From NCBI GenBank assembly GCA_965227295.1, contig OZ245742.1:1888001-1952000 (forward strand): a stretch of 64,000 bases of DNA, written 5' to 3'. Positions 10,422 through 19,782 of the stretch are shown here, piece after piece. The stretch is from Leptonemataceae bacterium. Lineage in GTDB: Bacteria; Spirochaetota; Leptospiria; Leptospirales; Leptonemataceae. Numbering within the stretch: position 1 is the stretch's first letter; each line of letters starts with the position of its first letter. Position numbers and translations under genes: made by a program. Under the pieces are notes generated by a model, which saw nothing but the letters and a program-made list of their open reading frames with translations, made no database searches and was not told the DNA's origin.

Positions 10422-10778
10422 ATGAAGAAGGTATTGATCGTAGACGACGCACCGACGGTGCTGAAAATCGTGGACTTTACACTAACATCGCAGGGTTACG
10501 AAGTCGTACAGGCGGGTAACGCCAACGAGGCCATGGACCGCGTGCGCGAAGAACGGCCGGAAATCGGCATCTTCGATGTGAACATGCCGGGCAAGAGCGG
10601 CATTGAACTTACCCGGGACGTGCTGAGCAGTGAAGAAGGCCGGGACATGAAGGTCGTGATGCTGACCACCGAGTCCAGCGCCGAAATGAAAGATCGCGGT
10701 CGCGAGGCCGGGGCGGTGGGTTGGCTGGTAAAGCCGTTTCAGAACGACGATCTGCTCAGCCTCGTGAGCAGTTTATGA
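10422..10778 (+). CDS. cheY: CheY-like single-domain response regulator
   Basis: VLIVDD...FDVNMP...MLTTES...GWLVKPF; strong SD (aggaggag). Confidence 0.88.
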   Translation: MKKVLIVDDAPTVLKIVDFTLTSQGYEVVQAGNANEAMDRVREERPEIGIFDVNMPGKSGIELTRDVLSSEEGRDMKVVMLTTESSAEMKDRGREAGAVGWLVKPFQNDDLLSLVSSL

Positions 10779-10793
10779 TGAAAGGAGGAATGG

Positions 10794-11621
10794 ATGGGCG
10801 CTGAAACCCGGATGCTGCGTCGTCTGGCCGGCTATCGCCGTACGGCGCAGGAAATCCGCGACGGATTGCGGCGCGGAGAGTTTTATGTTTTGTATCAACC
10901 GATCGTGCACGGTTGCAGTCCGGCGCGTCCGTATGCCTTTGAGGGCCTGGTACGCTGGGATCATCCGGAGCGCGGTCTCGTGGGACCGGCGGCTTTCATT
11001 CCCGTGGCCGAAGAGATGGATCTCATCTACGATCTGGGCCGCTTCGTGCTGAGCGAGGCGTGTCGGTTCGCGCAACACCTGCGCCGGGAGCGGCCGCAGG
11101 AAAGGGAGCCGCTGCTGGTTACGGTGAACGTCTCGCCGTATCAATTGCATCGCAAAGACTTTGCGAGAGAATGTTTGCAGACGATCGCCGCGGCCGAACT
11201 GCCGGTGGGAGCGATCATCCTGGAGATTACCGAGGGCGTGGCACTGGAAGACGCGGCTTCCTGGGCGACCCTGGGCGAACTGCGCGCCGCCGGCATCCCG
11301 GTGGCCATCGACGACTTCGGCTCCGGTTATTCGACGCTGAGCCGCCTGCGTGATCTGCCCGCCGAGTACGTGAAGCTGGACCGCTACTTTCTGCGCTACA
11401 CCGAAACGGAGGCGGACCGCGCGTTTTTCGCGGCGATCGTACGGATGGCCCGCGCCCTGGATTTGCGTTTGATCATTGAGGGTGTGGAAACGGCGCAGCA
11501 TTATCGTTTCGTGCAGGACCAGGCATGTGATTTCCTGCAGGGCTTTCATTTTCACAGCCCCATGCCGGAATTCGCGGTGCTGAATTACCTGGCGAAACTA
11601 GAAAACGCGGCGTCGGTGTAA
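10794..11621 (+). CDS. stand-alone EAL-domain c-di-GMP phosphodiesterase
   Basis: YQPIV, FEGLVRW, NVS, LEITE, IDDFGSGYS, KLD, EGVET, LQGF. Confidence 0.9.
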   Translation: MGAETRMLRRLAGYRRTAQEIRDGLRRGEFYVLYQPIVHGCSPARPYAFEGLVRWDHPERGLVGPAAFIPVAEEMDLIYDLGRFVLSEACRFAQHLRRERPQEREPLLVTVNVSPYQLHRKDFARECLQTIAAAELPVGAIILEITEGVALEDAASWATLGELRAAGIPVAIDDFGSGYSTLSRLRDLPAEYVKLDRYFLRYTETEADRAFFAAIVRMARALDLRLIIEGVETAQHYRFVQDQACDFLQGFHFHSPMPEFAVLNYLAKLENAASV

Positions 11622-11646
11622 ACGGTTAACTTCTCTTCAGGAAAAG

Positions 11647-12876
11647 TCAGTCATACGACCGCACATGCCGCAGTCCCAGGATCGCCAGAATCGTACACAC
11701 GCAAATCCCCAGACCCATGTACGCCACCGCGCGTCCCGTGCCCACCTGGTCCGCGAGCAAACCCGAGGCGAAACCGCCGACACCGGGAAAGACCTGGAAG
11801 ATCATCCCGTACAACGACATGACCCGGCCGCGCAGGTAGTCCGGGGCCGCGCCCTGGAGGGCCGCCGGGATCATGGCGCCCACGGCGCCGCCGAAGGTTC
11901 CGCAGACCGCTAAGATGATCGCAGTATAAGTTACGGAGGTGTCGCGTACAATCTGCGAAAGCACCAGTCCCATGATCAGCGCGCCGCCGAGCATCATCCA
12001 GCCGCGGCGGCCGCGGTTGTGCAGCGTTCGCGCAATGATGCCGCCCACGAACAACCCGGCGCCCATGGAGGAGAGAAAAGCGCCGCGCTCGCTTTCGGAA
12101 AGCCCCAGCACGGCCTGAGCGTACTGCGGCATGAGGACGAGCAGCGGGCCGATCACACCCATTACGATCATCTCTAACAGCAACACTTCTCGAATTAGCG
12201 GAGTGCGCACGGCGAAACTCAGGCCCTCGCGAAAGTCGGCGAAGGCGTTACTGGAGACGCGACGCTCGTAGGGACGCGGGTGGACGAAGAACATCAGTAC
12301 CCAGGCGCTCGCATAGAGGGCGCCCGTGGCGTAGAAGAGGCCGGACCAGGGCAACGCCGCTTTGATGAAGCCGGCAATCAACGGGGCGGCGCCGAAGCCG
12401 ATGATGATCAACACGTTGAGGATGACCGTGGCGCGGCCGGCGTCGCCTTCCGGAACGAGGTTCGCCAGTAATGATAGGCGGCCGGGAATTAAGAACGTGA
12501 GCGCGGTTCCGTTTAAGAAGCCGATGCCCAGAATGATCCAGCGCAGTTCGTCACTGAGTCCGGTGAAGTGAATCACCACGGCGAGTACGAACGCCGTGAT
12601 CATGTAGACCGATTGCGCGAGCTGCACTACGGCCAGGCGCGACACGCGATCCAGCAGCGCGCCGGCGACGGGGCCGAAGAGCAGCGCCGGCAGGTAACTC
12701 ATGAGAAAGACCAGGCCGGTGAAACCGTCGGAGCCGGTGATGGCCCGCGTGAGGATGATGGTGCCGTAGACGAACATGTTCGCCACGAGCAGCGTGCCGA
12801 AGGTGTTCAGATAAAATAAAAGCAGCGAGCCCGGGGCGACGGGAACTTCGGCGGACGATTGAGCAGCGGGATTCAA
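11647..12876 (-). CDS. MFS transporter
   Basis: About 12 hydrophobic segments; GALLDRVSR motif A; APDYLRGRVMS. Confidence 0.88.
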   Translation of the reverse strand: MNPAAQSSAEVPVAPGSLLLFYLNTFGTLLVANMFVYGTIILTRAITGSDGFTGLVFLMSYLPALLFGPVAGALLDRVSRLAVVQLAQSVYMITAFVLAVVIHFTGLSDELRWIILGIGFLNGTALTFLIPGRLSLLANLVPEGDAGRATVILNVLIIIGFGAAPLIAGFIKAALPWSGLFYATGALYASAWVLMFFVHPRPYERRVSSNAFADFREGLSFAVRTPLIREVLLLEMIVMGVIGPLLVLMPQYAQAVLGLSESERGAFLSSMGAGLFVGGIIARTLHNRGRRGWMMLGGALIMGLVLSQIVRDTSVTYTAIILAVCGTFGGAVGAMIPAALQGAAPDYLRGRVMSLYGMIFQVFPGVGGFASGLLADQVGTGRAVAYMGLGICVCTILAILGLRHVRSYD

Positions 12877-12981
12877 GACACGGCAGTTTCAGACCACCGG
12901 TCCAATCTGGCGAGCGGTTTTAGTAAAATCCACTCCTGGAAAGTGGTTGCACCCGTCGCTTTTCGGAGTTGTGATCGATCT

Positions 12982-14079
12982 ATGCCTCCGGAACTCCAGG
13001 AATTGCTCGAACGCACGTACTACGGCAACACGGTGGGACAGTGGGCCGCGGCGTTGGGGCTGATTGTTCTTTCGATCATCGTCGGCCGACTTCTATACTG
13101 GATTCTCGGCCGCTGGGTGAAAGCCCTGGCCCGTCGCACGGAGACCCGCCTCGACGATTTACTCGTGGATATGCTGGAAGAACCGGCGGTGGGCCTGGTG
13201 ATCGTCTTCGGACTGCGCTATGCGCTCGGTTTCTTGAGTATAAGTGAACAATGGTTAAGCACACTGGACGCCGCCGTCGTCTTCGCGGTCACGATGCTGA
13301 TCACCTGGCTCATCGTGCGCGTGTACGATGCCCTGCATCAGGAGTACCTTGTCGCCCTGGCCGAGAAGACCGAAAACGATCTGGACGATCAGTTGTTGCC
13401 CATCGTGCGCAACGGAGTGCGTTTCGTTTTGTTTACTCTGGGCCTGATCGTCGGACTCAACAACGCCGGCTTCGACGTCGGTGCCGTGCTCGCGGGTCTC
13501 GGCATCGGCGGCCTCGCCTTTGCACTCGCCGCTCAGGATACGGTGGCCAATCTCTTCGGCGGCGTAACAATCTTTTTGCAGCGGCCGTTCAAGCTGAAGG
13601 ATCGCATTGAGGTGGCCGGCATCAAGGGCTACGTTACGGAACTCGGCCTGCGCACCACGCGTCTGCAAACGGCAAGCGGGGAGAAGATCCAGGTGCCGAA
13701 CAAGTTCTTTACGGAGAATAGCATTCGCAACCTGGACGACTGCGATTACTACTACGCCGAAGAAAGTTTTCGGCTGCATCGCAATACTTCGCCGGAACAA
13801 CTGGACGCGCTGCTCGAAGCCCTCGGCGCTTTAACGCACAAGGACATGAGTTGGTCCATGGCGCTGGTCGCGGGCCTGGATGAATTCGGCGTCGAGGTAA
13901 AGCTGGCGTACGGAGTCCATCAGTTCCAGTACGACGAAGGCTACTTCAATCACTACGAAAAATTGGCCGTCGTAAAATCCTGCATAAACCGCGCGGCGCT
14001 CGGCATCTTGCGCGAGCAGACCATTCGCCTGGCGTTGCCCGTGCACATCAGCTTACGATCAGCGATGCCACACGACTGA
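12982..14079 (+). CDS. mechanosensitive channel, MscS family
   Basis: LAGLGIGGLAFALAAQDTVANLFGG; RPFKLKDRI; GLRTTRL; VPN. Start at ATG 12982. Confidence 0.9.
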   Translation: MPPELQELLERTYYGNTVGQWAAALGLIVLSIIVGRLLYWILGRWVKALARRTETRLDDLLVDMLEEPAVGLVIVFGLRYALGFLSISEQWLSTLDAAVVFAVTMLITWLIVRVYDALHQEYLVALAEKTENDLDDQLLPIVRNGVRFVLFTLGLIVGLNNAGFDVGAVLAGLGIGGLAFALAAQDTVANLFGGVTIFLQRPFKLKDRIEVAGIKGYVTELGLRTTRLQTASGEKIQVPNKFFTENSIRNLDDCDYYYAEESFRLHRNTSPEQLDALLEALGALTHKDMSWSMALVAGLDEFGVEVKLAYGVHQFQYDEGYFNHYEKLAVVKSCINRAALGILREQTIRLALPVHISLRSAMPHD

Positions 14080-14628
14080 AAACGCGCCGCGCAGTTCGCC
14101 GATTTGTTCGTAGCCTTTTGCGCGGTCCTCGGGATACAGCGCGTCGATTTTCGCAGCGGCCGCCGAGTCGATGCTGTCCGGGCCGCCGTGGCACTTGAGG
14201 CAGAGGTTGTTTGCGATTTTGATGGGGCGCATCACGCGGTAATTTTCACCGGTGCGTTCGGCGACCACACCGATCTTTTCCCCGTTTGCCAGAGACTCGC
14301 GCCATTGTTCCAGGATGCGTTGTTCGAATTCGTCCGGCGCGTGATCGGGATTGCGAGGCCGGTCGGAGATGCGCCGGATCGAGAAGCCTTCTTCGGCAAG
14401 TTGCGTTTCCAGCTCCGGTGAAACGACGTGGCACTTTTCCACGGCGCCCGCGAAGCCGGACTCGCCGATGGCCGTCTGCAACTCCTGTAAAAGCTGCTGC
14501 TGAAAATCTGCGAAGAGGGCCAGCGAACGTTCGCGGCGTTGTTCGTCGGTGAGTTGGGACTGATCACCGCAGGCGATGAGCAGCGTCGCCAGCAGGCTGG
14601 CTGCCGTAAGGCGGAACAATGTGAACAT
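14059..14628 (-). CDS. DUF3365-type c-type heme lipoprotein
   Basis: Lipobox LLIAC; RISDRPRNP; CLKCH heme motif; YPEDRAKGY...GELRGAFSV. Confidence 0.8.
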   Translation of the reverse strand: MFTLFRLTAASLLATLLIACGDQSQLTDEQRRERSLALFADFQQQLLQELQTAIGESGFAGAVEKCHVVSPELETQLAEEGFSIRRISDRPRNPDHAPDEFEQRILEQWRESLANGEKIGVVAERTGENYRVMRPIKIANNLCLKCHGGPDSIDSAAAAKIDALYPEDRAKGYEQIGELRGAFSVVWHR

Positions 14629-14759
14629 GGGATGATGCTTGTCGGTCGCAGGAGCGTGTCAAGCGTGATACCGTAAAAGGCTTGCATGCGAGGGTTTTCC
14701 CGGGATCGTCGGACGGGGGTTGCGCACCGTATCGCGGCCCCCGTGGAGCCTGGAAGCAT

Positions 14760-15089
14760 ATGAATCAAAAACAAAAAGACGAACTCAAAGCGGACATCGG
14801 CGAGAAGATCGCGGTGCTGCAAAAGGACATTGCGTCTCTCGAAGAAGCGACGCAGCCGGTGGCGCCGGACGTGGCCCTGGGGCGGCTCACGCGCATGGAG
14901 GCCATCCAGAGCAAGAGCGTGAACGAGGCCGCGCTAAATGATGCCCGCAAAAAGTTAGTGGGTCTGGAGTCGGCCCTGGAGCGCATCGACACGCCGGACT
15001 TCGGCCAGTGCGTCTCGTGCGGCAAAACCATACCCGCGGCGCGCCTGGAGTACATGCCCGAGACGACGGTGTGCGTGGAATGCGCCTGA
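14760..15089 (+). CDS. TraR/DksA C4 zinc-finger protein
   Basis: PVAPDVALGRLTRMEAIQ; FGQCVSCG...RLEYMPETTVCVEC. Confidence 0.88.
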   Translation: MNQKQKDELKADIGEKIAVLQKDIASLEEATQPVAPDVALGRLTRMEAIQSKSVNEAALNDARKKLVGLESALERIDTPDFGQCVSCGKTIPAARLEYMPETTVCVECA

Positions 15090-15094
15090 GATCG

Positions 15095-15688
15095 TTATCG
15101 TTTCAGTTTACGGCCGATCCAGCGAAGCAGGCCCTGTAAGTTCTCTCGACTGCGTGCTATGCCGAGGGGATGCTCCGCCGGCGTGCCGGCCAGAGGAAAA
15201 AACGCCGCGGTACTGAGGGCGATCCAGCGCGCTTCCTCGCCCGGGCGTTCGATCCGCAGGCCCTCGGCTTTGCCTTCGGCGAGAATGTCCTCGATGGTGC
15301 GGAGGAAACGTTGTTCGGCCGTCTCCCTGGTTTCCGGGGCGAATTCCAGCACCGCCCCGGCGAGTTCCCGGGGGCCCTGCTTGTTGTCGGCGAAGGGCTG
15401 CCACATGTCGTAAAAGCCGAGCACGTAATCGTCAAGTTTCTTAAGTGATTGTTTTCGAGAGTTAAGGATCCTATCCGCGAATTCGGCGTGTCGTTCGGCG
15501 AACGCGTGGGCGACACGCCGGACGACGGCGACCTTGTCTTTGTAGTAAACATAGACCGTGCCCACGGCCACCCCCGCCCGGCGGGCGATGTCCTGGACCG
15601 TGGTGCGACGAAAGCCTTTTTCGAGAAACAGTTCAATGGCGGCCTCGATCAGTGCCCGTTCTTTGTCACCCGTGCGTGGCCGCGGCAT
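15095..15688 (-). CDS. TetR/AcrR-family transcriptional regulator
   Basis: AAIELFLEKGFRRTTVQDIARRAGVAVGTVYVYYKDK. Confidence 0.92.
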   Translation of the reverse strand: MPRPRTGDKERALIEAAIELFLEKGFRRTTVQDIARRAGVAVGTVYVYYKDKVAVVRRVAHAFAERHAEFADRILNSRKQSLKKLDDYVLGFYDMWQPFADNKQGPRELAGAVLEFAPETRETAEQRFLRTIEDILAEGKAEGLRIERPGEEARWIALSTAAFFPLAGTPAEHPLGIARSRENLQGLLRWIGRKLKR

Positions 15689-16649
15689 CGTGTTGCTCCA
15701 GGAATTCGACCAGAAGACGTTTCACATCCTCCGGCGCTTCCTCGTGAGGGAAGTGACCAACGTTTGAGAGATCCGTGCGCATTGCAACGGTAAAGAAATC
15801 TTCCCAGGCCTGCGCGTGGACCGGACCCACGAATCCGTCGGCCGCGCCCCAGATCAACTGCATCGGAACGTTTTTCAAAGAGGTTGCTGCCGCCGTGCTC
15901 GTGCGTTTCAAAAAGTCGATGTCCTCGTCATCGTAGGTCGCCTTCAGAAAACCGAGCGTGCCGAGGCGATCCTGCGCGTTGCGATGCAATGCCAGGAAGT
16001 GCCGGTGCATGCGCCGACTGAGGCCGCCGCGGCCCCAGGCGGACTTCACCATCACCCGCGCGGAAAAATTCATGTACCGATACAGCCAGCGCATGAAGGC
16101 GCTGCGAACGATCGGCAGTTGTTTCGCGAAGCCGGGATCGATCTCCAGGAACGGGCGACACCAGGAGTTCAGGACCGAAACGCTGCGCACGCGGCCCGGG
16201 TGTTCCGCCGTAAGGGCATGCATGGTACGGAGACCGATCATGCCGCCGAAGTCGTGGAGGACAAAGTGCCATTCCGGCAGCGAACTACCCGGAGGCGCTT
16301 CTCGATCTAACTTCAGGAGCAGAGAAGTTAGATTGGCGGCGTGGTCCTCCGGACGATACGTCCACCGGGCCGGACGATCCGAAAGGCCGAAGCCGATGTG
16401 ATCCGGCGCAATGACACGGTAGCCCCGCTCCGCGAACGAGGCGATGAGTCGCCGGAATTCGAAGCTCCAGCCCGGGGTCCCGTGAACCAGGACCAGCCGT
16501 CGGTGGCCTGCGCCCTCGTCGATGTAGTGCAGGTTGCCGGCCGGAGTCTCGTGGAAATGCGAGGGGAACGGGTACTCGTCTTTCAGATACCAGGCTGAAG
16601 CTTCCAGTTGCCGGCGACGGTTGAGACCCTCAGGTGTTTGAATATTCAT
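15666..16649 (-). CDS. alpha/beta hydrolase, haloalkane-dehalogenase-like
   Basis: YPFPSHF...LHYIDEG; VHGTPGWS; APDHIGFGLSD; HDFGG nucleophile elbow; GHFPHEE. Confidence 0.87.
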   Translation of the reverse strand: MNIQTPEGLNRRRQLEASAWYLKDEYPFPSHFHETPAGNLHYIDEGAGHRRLVLVHGTPGWSFEFRRLIASFAERGYRVIAPDHIGFGLSDRPARWTYRPEDHAANLTSLLLKLDREAPPGSSLPEWHFVLHDFGGMIGLRTMHALTAEHPGRVRSVSVLNSWCRPFLEIDPGFAKQLPIVRSAFMRWLYRYMNFSARVMVKSAWGRGGLSRRMHRHFLALHRNAQDRLGTLGFLKATYDDEDIDFLKRTSTAAATSLKNVPMQLIWGAADGFVGPVHAQAWEDFFTVAMRTDLSNVGHFPHEEAPEDVKRLLVEFLEQHDAAATHG

Positions 16650-16650
16650 A

Positions 16651-16678
16651 ACTGAATATTCGATAAATAAAGTTCAGT
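16651..16678. promoter_or_regulatory. putative TetR operator over the hydrolase-tetR promoter
   Basis: Inverted repeat ACTGAA-N16-TTCAGT directly upstream of the ATG, next to a TTGCCG -35-like hexamer on the minus strand. Confidence 0.5.
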
Positions 16679-16795
16679 CGGCAAGTTTTTTTGGGGCCCC
16701 GCCTCGAATACCTGCGAGGCGTTCTCATTCTCAAGCGCATCCAGGTTGGCGGAGAACCGGGTCCTGACCGCGCGGCCAGGACGATCCAGACAGAA

Positions 16796-17185
16796 ATGTA
16801 TGATATTCTGACGGCACTTCCGGCCGCCGGATCGACGTTCTACGTGCAGTGCGTGCGAGGCAATGCGGACTACGCGACGTACTGGTCTTCCACGACCCAC
16901 GTCGCCTGCGACAGCTCCACGTCGGATTGCTCCGGAGGGGATGATCCATCGGCCGGTGCGTACATGGCCTTCGGTCGTGCTCTGGGTTTCAACAGCGGTA
17001 CGATTACCGACGTGCACGGCGCGGGTGCCCAGCGCAGCGACGACAAGGACGATGTGAGTACGAAAAGCGGCGCCCAGAGCGGGAATGTCGGTTTCGGATC
17101 TTTTTATTATCATGGTCCGCAGGGCGACATCCTGCGTGACGGCAACGGCGAGGACGGCCAGTACGTGAGGTGCGTGCGCAACTGA
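16796..17185 (+). pseudogene. truncated DUF1566 (Lcl C-terminal-like) protein fragment
   Basis: FYVQCVRGNADY, YWSSTTH, AFGRALG...DVHGAGAQRSD, HGPQGD, YVRCVR motifs; N-terminal part absent. Confidence 0.6.
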
Positions 17186-17207
17186 TTGCTGAGTAAGATG
17201 ATTTCTG

Positions 17208-17353
17208 TCGACCGGGTTGGATTCGAACCAACATAAGTGCTTGTAAAAACTATTCGATTGGATCGCCCGTTTATAGAACGATCCGAGTGAGTAACTTTGT
17301 TTCTGCTTTGACAGTTGACGAAACTGTTGCCTTTACCATTTGGCTACCGGTCG
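17208..17353 (-). ncRNA. non-canonical tRNA-like RNA with 78-nt variable region
   Basis: 7-bp acceptor CGACCGG/CCGGTCG; U8A9; D arm GCC-AAATGGTAAA-GGC; stem ACAGT-TTCGTCA-ACTGT; T arm GTTGG-TTCGAAT-CCAAC. Confidence 0.7.
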
Positions 17354-17398
17354 GTATTTTACTTATGACTCCATAGTGTTCTGCACGCCCCTGAACGA

Positions 17399-17432
17399 AG
17401 AAAGGCGAGCCTTTGGTCGGGCTCGCCTTTCT
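17399..17432. terminator. terminator-like hairpin (possibly bidirectional)
   Basis: 13-bp perfect stem AGAAAGGCGAGCC/GGCTCGCCTTTCT with 8-nt loop. Confidence 0.65.
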
Positions 17433-17781
17433 GTTTCAGTAAATATGTCACTGAACTAAGGCAAGCGCACGCCTCCGGCCGGCGCAAGGTATTCGACGCC
17501 GGTCGCGCTCTCGTTGTGGTTGCGTGTCTTATGCATGATCATTCCTGATTGCTTACCGGAAATTGGACGATAAGGATCGCAGAAATCTTCATAAAAAATG
17601 GCGCGTTTCTTGCTGGCCCGGGCTGCACGGCCCGCGGTAGTCCGGCGGAAGTCAATAGCAGCGAAAATTTGGGCTATCATCGCAACAATTTTTAGGCCGT
17701 ATCAAAGATCGATAATTGGTTAGAGCTTGCGGGCAAAAGACTTGCCCCCGGCGGGCAGGCGTGCTGAATCTGTCCCCCGAT

Positions 17782-18769
17782 ATGAGCACAATTCGCCGCC
17801 CGATCATCCTGTGCGCTGTCGCCGCGCTTGCGGTGACGGAGCCTTTCAGGAATACGCTCTGTTCGGTGGCCTCGCCAGCTTCGGGCTACGTACGATTACG
17901 AAGCTCTTCAACAAGGTGTGGTCGTGGGTCCGCCAGGTTGTTTACAAATCACTCGTATGGATGGCGGCGCGTCTCGGTGCTTCCCTGTCGGCGCGGCTTG
18001 AGTTTGTGAAGTGGCGGCAGCCCCGGCCGGAGGTTCCTTTACGCCGTGCGGTCTGGGCGTTCATATCGATCCAGTCTCGACGGCGGCCGTAGACTCGATG
18101 TTTGGACCGTGGGCCGTCGATGGCGATATTTACATGAGCCCCAGCGAGCAGCAGTGGAAGCAATCCAACGTCATCTTACATGAGTACGGGCACTTTTTGC
18201 ACTGCATGGTCCTCGGTGACAGCCGATCGATTGAAAATATCACGGCTTACTGGAACGAGATTCGTCGTGATCCGCAGGGCTTCATAGGCAAACTAATCGC
18301 TCAGTTTCATGAGGGTATCGCGGAGTATTTCGCTTTCTCGCTGTCGGGCCGCTTTGGATACACCGGGGCAGAACTGCTGAACATCGAAGAAAACTGGTCC
18401 CCGTACTTCTTTCGCGCGACATCCAATTCGACCCTGCTGCTCCCAGGAAACTATTTACTGGATGTTCTTTACCAAAGTGATTCGACGATCGCATCCATCA
18501 CATCGATCTTGCACGACTTACATGATTCGGAAGCCGATTCACATCCCGCCGTTTCTTATGCCGGAGTAACCGACGTCGTTAGTTCGGGATTTATGGGCGG
18601 CAACATCAATCCACTGATCGCCAGTCTTCCGGCACGGCCGACGATCGATGATCTTTATCAAACAGCGCAGGCGCTCTACGCACCGCGCTTTGATGTCGGC
18701 TGGAATCATGTTTATTTTCGCAAGTCCGGCTCGTTTTCGTACGACATTTCAAGATGGGTAATCGAATGA
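17782..18769 (+). pseudogene. frameshifted secreted zinc metallopeptidase (gluzincin-like)
   Basis: HEYGH followed by downstream HEGIAEYF in ORF 18011-18769; a signal-peptide-like start (MSTIRRPIILCAVAALAV) lies upstream, out of frame with it. Confidence 0.5.
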
Positions 18770-18936
18770 ACTATGCAAGGCATCTACTCTTGAGTGCCGC
18801 TCTGTTCGCGGCTCTGACACTCGGTTGCTATAGAACCGGCGGCGATTGCGATACGGAATGCCAGCAGGAGCGAGCAATCCCCCTGCTTATTTTGCTGTTG
18901 CTGGATCAATCGACGCAACAACAGAATCAGAACTAA
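18766..18936 (+). CDS. small putative lipoprotein
   Basis: ATGA-coupled to the peptidase stop; MNYARHLLLSAALFAALTLGC lipobox. Confidence 0.5.
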   Translation: MNYARHLLLSAALFAALTLGCYRTGGDCDTECQQERAIPLLILLLLDQSTQQQNQN

Positions 18937-19210
18937 GGTTTGCAAAGAATCGTTCTCTATCGCGCCACCGGATTCATCGTATTTGTTCTTTCTGCAAGCG
19001 CAGCCTGGTTGGCTATTCTCAAGTGCTGGAAACGCCCGGTAGCGGTGATCGCGCTCTATCCGGCATTGAACGTCATTGCCCTGATCGTGCTGTCGCTCGC
19101 TGCCATGCTGGAATGCTGAGAGTGCTCAATCAGACAGCGCTACAACTGAGTAAATCTCCTGAGAGTGCAAGACCTCGCATCCGCTTTTGCAATTTCTTAA
19201 TATATTTTAA

Positions 19211-19600
19211 ATAACTCCGGATCATCAGAAAGGCAAGAGCGGTCGCGGCCAGTACGTGTATTACAAACACCGCTGCACCAACGCGGAACGCCCTCGCTAC
19301 TTCTCGGCGCCCCGCCTGATCGAAGCAATCGACGCGGCCGTGGCCAGGCTTCAATTTACCGAAGCCTACGCGGAACGTCTCGGCCGCCTCTTCGAGGGGG
19401 CGATGACTCAGCAAGCATCGAATTTCAAATCGGATCAGAAGTATATCCGGTTGAAGTGCGAAAGATAGCCGTATTCGTTCCTGGCGGACGAAGGAATCTA
19501 TCTGGCACCCCGCAAATGAAAAGCAGTAGAGACCGCATTGCGCGGACTCCTGAAGTACTCCCGCCTTTCAGTTGAGGGTGTTCGATTTCGTTTATTTCTG
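19211..19600 (+). pseudogene. probable large serine recombinase remnant
   Basis: KGKSGRGQYVYYKHRC zinc-ribbon-like segment followed by a helical region, pointing toward the tRNA 3' end. Confidence 0.4.
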
Positions 19601-19687
19601 CGGAGAGGGAGGGATTCGAACCCTCGGTCGGTGTTACCCGACACACGCGTTCCAGGCGTGCACCTTAAACCGCTCGGACACCTCTCC
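19601..19687 (-). tRNA. tRNA-Ser(GGA)
   Basis: GGAGAGG acceptor; anticodon arm CACGC-CTGGAAC-GCGTG; long variable arm; GGTTCGAATCC. Confidence 0.95.
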
Positions 19688-19782
19688 GGGAAACCACGAC
19701 GAAACGGGCTTGCCGATATCGACGCGTCCGAATACGATTTCTACAGGGCCTGTCCGGTCAACCACAAGACGCCCGCCGCCGT

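Noticed and set aside
10794-11621. Inactive EAL domain because of the EGL variant
   Set aside because: The catalytic Glu and the other metal-binding motifs (N, E, DDFG, K, EGVE, QG) are retained
16691-17185. Diversity-generating retroelement target (DUF1566 / C-type lectin-like tail)
   Set aside because: No reverse transcriptase or template-repeat copy was seen in the window
17208-17232. att-site duplicate of the tRNA-Ser 3' end
   Set aside because: It shares only the universal T-loop; the stems differ and it has its own matching 5' half
17208-17353. Ordinary tRNA-Thr(CGT) or an intron-containing tRNA
   Set aside because: C at position 37 and a 78-nt variable region are non-canonical; the insert is outside the anticodon loop and too short for a group I or II intron
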